Virus record (IMG/VR): IMGVR_UViG_3300005263_000047
Location: 1 to 6,147 of that record
Length of the DNA stretch: 6,147 bases
Direction: 5' to 3' (one strand)
Origin: a virus
This document shows, one piece after another, positions 4,147 through 6,147 of the stretch. Below the pieces are notes generated by a model. That model was not told where the DNA came from. It saw nothing but the letters and a program-made list of their open reading frames with translations, and did no database searches. Within the stretch, counting starts at the first letter, position 1; every line of letters begins with the position of its first letter. A program made the position numbers and the translations under genes.

Positions 4147-5444
4147 GCGGAATTCTTCCGGGTTACGCCGATAAAGATCATGGCGGCGATGAGCCAAGCG
4201 ACGCCGACGACGACCGGCCTAATGCCGCTAGCGTATTGGCAGACGGGTTGCCAGCTCTGGACGATGGTTACGCCGCTCTTTAGCGTCTTGGTGATATCGG
4301 CAGGGCAGGAAGCGGAGGAAGGGCCAAAACCAGATGCGGGGGTGATCGCGGCAACGTCTTTGTTGCGTTCCTCGACAGGATCAACTTCTTCGGGTTCACC
4401 GAGCTTGGCACAGGCGAGAGCTTCAGGGTTTTGCTTGCAGAAGTCGGTCTGTTCTTCGGGGGCTTTGTCTGTGCCGTCTTCGTTTTTGGCGGGAGTGCCA
4501 TCAGGGGAGACTTCTTGCTTATAGGGGGTTGCCTCTGCGGTGTGGGCGTCAGGTGAAGGCGTAACCTTTGCGCGGTCTTGATACTCTTTGCCGGTGGCAG
4601 GATCAGGGTAGGGATCACTAAGCGGAATATCGACGGGTTGAACGTCTGGGTCTTCTAAGGGGATCGGAAGACCCTTTTTAGCTAGCTCAGTAGCAACCGC
4701 GTCAGGGGCGACGCCGGGGATGGCAAAATCTGCATCAGTAGCAGGGGCGCGCAGAGGGTCAGCAACGCCACCATAAAAGACACCAATCGAACCACCGCCC
4801 TGTTTACTTGGGATGTAATAATTAAGCTGGACACAGCCAGTGCCACAGGCATTCCCGATACCTGTAACTTTAAAATCTGAGACTTTGAAAGCAACGTTTT
4901 CAAAGGCAGTGATTTCCGCGACAAGCGTTGAATAACTACACTTGCTCGCGGCGGAATGGCAGACGCCAGGTGCAAAGGCATGCCACCAATATTTGCCGGT
5001 GATGGGAGCATCGTCAGGCTGTTTTTTTGTCCATTGGCCGTTGATGTACTCAAGACCCTTTTCAAGCAACCAACCAGCAACGATGGCAGAGAGAAGACCG
5101 GCAGGATTCATGCGGGCAGCATTGGCGGCGAACTGACCAGCATTAGCGGCCATGCGCATAGATGCGGGCATGGTGGCTGCACGTCCGGCAACCTGGCCGG
5201 TGAAATTGCCGTTAAAAGCAGCGCCGGAGAATTGGCCGACGAAATTTGAAGCCGTACCCCATCCACCAGAGACAGCAGCGACGCCGGAACCAGCAGCAGG
5301 AGCGATGGGAACCGGGTAGGCGTGAGACAAAACGCCGTAACCGCCAAGGAACAGACCGAGGACGAAATAAAGGGCGAGGCGAAGATGTCTCATGAACTGA
5401 GAAGGATATGGAAAGGCAAGACGACGACGAGGAAGCCAGCCCAT
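4143..5444 (-). CDS. gIII-like adsorption/minor coat protein
   Basis: It has a signal peptide (MRHLRLALYFVLGLFLGGYGVLSHA, then YPVP). It also has a G/A-rich region, a Cys-containing central domain, a P/D/E-rich linker and a C-terminal membrane anchor (VVVGVAWLIAAMIFIGVTRK). It occupies the gIII position. The start is ambiguous: 5444 is the first ATG after the upstream stop, and 5393 lies immediately before the signal peptide. No candidate start has a clear SD. Confidence 0.65.
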   Translation of the reverse strand: MGWLPRRRLAFPYPSQFMRHLRLALYFVLGLFLGGYGVLSHAYPVPIAPAAGSGVAAVSGGWGTASNFVGQFSGAAFNGNFTGQVAGRAATMPASMRMAANAGQFAANAARMNPAGLLSAIVAGWLLEKGLEYINGQWTKKQPDDAPITGKYWWHAFAPGVCHSAASKCSYSTLVAEITAFENVAFKVSDFKVTGIGNACGTGCVQLNYYIPSKQGGGSIGVFYGGVADPLRAPATDADFAIPGVAPDAVATELAKKGLPIPLEDPDVQPVDIPLSDPYPDPATGKEYQDRAKVTPSPDAHTAEATPYKQEVSPDGTPAKNEDGTDKAPEEQTDFCKQNPEALACAKLGEPEEVDPVEERNKDVAAITPASGFGPSSASCPADITKTLKSGVTIVQSWQPVCQYASGIRPVVVGVAWLIAAMIFIGVTRKNSA

Positions 5445-5466
5445 GAATAGAGATCGAGAGCGAACA

Positions 5467-5799
5467 TCAGAAAGCCCTACGGATGGTTTTAATGGCATAG
5501 ACCGCGACCATGGCGGCAACAACTCCCCAGCCGAGCAGTAAGCCATTGTTGAAGTTGTCCATGGTTTCGCAGGTTTCGAACGAGAGCGCGGGGGCTGTCG
5601 TGGTGCTATTGAGCGTCAGGACGCCGGTGGAACTGAGGGTGTATTTTTTGATAACCCAAGCAGTACCAGACCATGAAACGTCGGAGATATAAGACGTGGT
5701 GCCGGAGGTGATGAAAACGGGGTTCGACGACCAATGAGCAGAGGTAGCCGCAGCACTAGTGCTGTAGCACTGATCGCGGTAGAGGAACCCCGTAGCCAT
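5467..5799 (-). CDS. Hypothetical S/T-rich protein with a major-coat-like C-terminal anchor (110 aa)
   Basis: The ORF begins 10 nt after the coat stop. Its C-terminal 25 aa, GLLLGWGVVAAMVAVYAIKTIRRAF, align in register with the coat C-terminus GIIAAGLVLVVLIAIGAFKYIRKAL. No cleavable signal peptide is evident. Confidence 0.55.
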   Translation of the reverse strand: MATGFLYRDQCYSTSAAATSAHWSSNPVFITSGTTSYISDVSWSGTAWVIKKYTLSSTGVLTLNSTTTAPALSFETCETMDNFNNGLLLGWGVVAAMVAVYAIKTIRRAF

Positions 5800-5808
5800 T
5801 ACAAAGCC

Positions 5809-6015
5809 TTACAGAGCTTTGCGGATGTACTTGAACGCGCCGATGGCGATCAAGACGACCAGAACGAGGCCAGCGGCGATAATGCCGTCACCCTTGGCGT
5901 CGTCCAAAGCGGTAGTGACACCAGCGGGAAGGGCGGCGTGAGCTTGAGAAGCGATGGCGAGGAAAGAACCGGCAGCGAGAGCGACCTTAGAGCGGGAAAC
6001 AGAAGCGAAGCGCAT
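5809..6015 (-). CDS. Major coat protein (gVIII-like) precursor, 68 aa
   Basis: The start is the ATG at 6015, with AAGGAG 8 nt upstream on the minus strand. The signal peptide is MRFASVSRSKVALAAGSFLAIASQAHA. The mature 41-aa peptide has an acidic N-terminus, a hydrophobic core and a basic C-terminus (KYIRKAL), which is the textbook inovirus coat layout. Confidence 0.8.
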   Translation of the reverse strand: MRFASVSRSKVALAAGSFLAIASQAHAALPAGVTTALDDAKGDGIIAAGLVLVVLIAIGAFKYIRKAL

Positions 6016-6039
6016 AATATTTTCTCCTTGAGAGAGTTG

Positions 6040-6073
6040 AAAAAAACCGGGGCGGTTATGCGTGACCGTCACG
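6040..6073 (-). promoter_or_regulatory. Palindrome CGTGAC-c-GTCACG (6061-6073), then a short hairpin with a T7 run on the minus strand (6040-6057), just upstream of the coat gene RBS
   Basis: On the minus strand the sequence reads aaccg-ccc-cggtt followed by ttttttt, which is a weak terminator or attenuator geometry. It ends about 10 nt before the coat SD. Confidence 0.35.
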
Positions 6074-6094
6074 GGTTGAAAAATTGTTGAGGTG

Positions 6095-6147
6095 ATGATG
6101 GGTGCCAAAGAACGATTCGCGCTGAATCCAGCGGCGAAGGAATACCG
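6095..6147. repeat. Terminal direct repeat, right copy (circularisation overlap)
   Basis: This copy is identical to 1-53, which implies a 6094-bp circle. Confidence 0.97.

Larger units (their letters stand above)
1..6094 (-). mobile_element. Complete circular filamentous-phage (inovirus-like) genome, one 6094-bp unit
   Basis: There is an exact 53-nt terminal redundancy (1-53 = 6095-6147). The gene set is typical of Inoviridae: RCR Rep, small ssDNA-binding protein, major coat with signal peptide, gIII-like, gVI-like and Zot/pI ATPase proteins. Almost all genes are on one strand, with ATGA-coupled junctions. Confidence 0.85.

Noticed and set aside
4138-5347. ORFs nested in or antisense to the gIII-like gene (4138-4524 +, 4280-4618 -, 4682-5080 -, 4942-5136 +, 4956-5249 +, 5108-5347 -)
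   Set aside because: They are shadow frames. The gIII-like frame alone has a signal peptide, a linker and a C-terminal anchor consistent with its genomic position.
5510-6090. Plus-strand ORFs 5510-5692 and 5734-6090, antisense to the coat and coat-like genes
   Set aside because: They are antisense shadows with no start context. The minus-strand genes have an RBS and classical coat features.
6016-6108. N-terminal extension of the coat ORF (99-aa version, TTG start at 6108; 148 aa if followed round the circle)
   Set aside because: The internal ATG at 6015 has a near-perfect AAGGAG RBS and starts a textbook signal peptide. The extension reads through a palindrome and a hairpin/T7 run and has no protein-like features.
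1-6147. CRISPR arrays, tRNA/rRNA genes, IS elements, or toxin/defence cargo
   Set aside because: The only tandem repeat is the 3-copy 11-bp array with no spacers. No cloverleaf-like or rRNA-like segments were noticed. Every ORF longer than about 90 aa is accounted for by the phage core. No space remains for cargo genes.

Overview
The window is one complete circular genome of a small filamentous phage (Inoviridae-like), with a unit length of 6094 bp. Bases 1-53 are repeated exactly at 6095-6147, which is the signature of a circular molecule written out linearly. All replication and virion genes lie on the minus strand as one tightly packed module. Reading along the minus strand and across the circular junction, the order is: gV-like ssDNA-binding protein, two mini-ORFs, rolling-circle Rep, major coat protein, a coat-like paralog, a gIII-like adsorption protein, a gVI-like protein and the Zot/pI assembly ATPase. 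Several of these genes meet at ATGA stop/start overlaps. On the plus strand, a divergently transcribed XRE-type HTH repressor-like gene faces this module across a 160-bp switch region that holds three CTCCA-N4-TGGAG palindromes interleaved with back-to-back promoters. Downstream of the repressor gene is a noncoding cluster containing a dif-like XerC/XerD site (candidate attP), a strong bidirectional terminator and three tandem 11-bp repeats. I see no secretin (pIV), integrase, tRNA, rRNA, CRISPR array or toxin cargo. The points most worth follow-up are the operator/promoter architecture, the hydrophobic C-terminal tail on the repressor, a second protein carrying a coat-like membrane anchor, a small plus-strand membrane ORF at the junction whose coding strand is ambiguous, and the SD-less rep gene preceded by coupled mini-ORFs and palindromes. 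All family assignments come from motif recognition by eye and have not been checked by database search.
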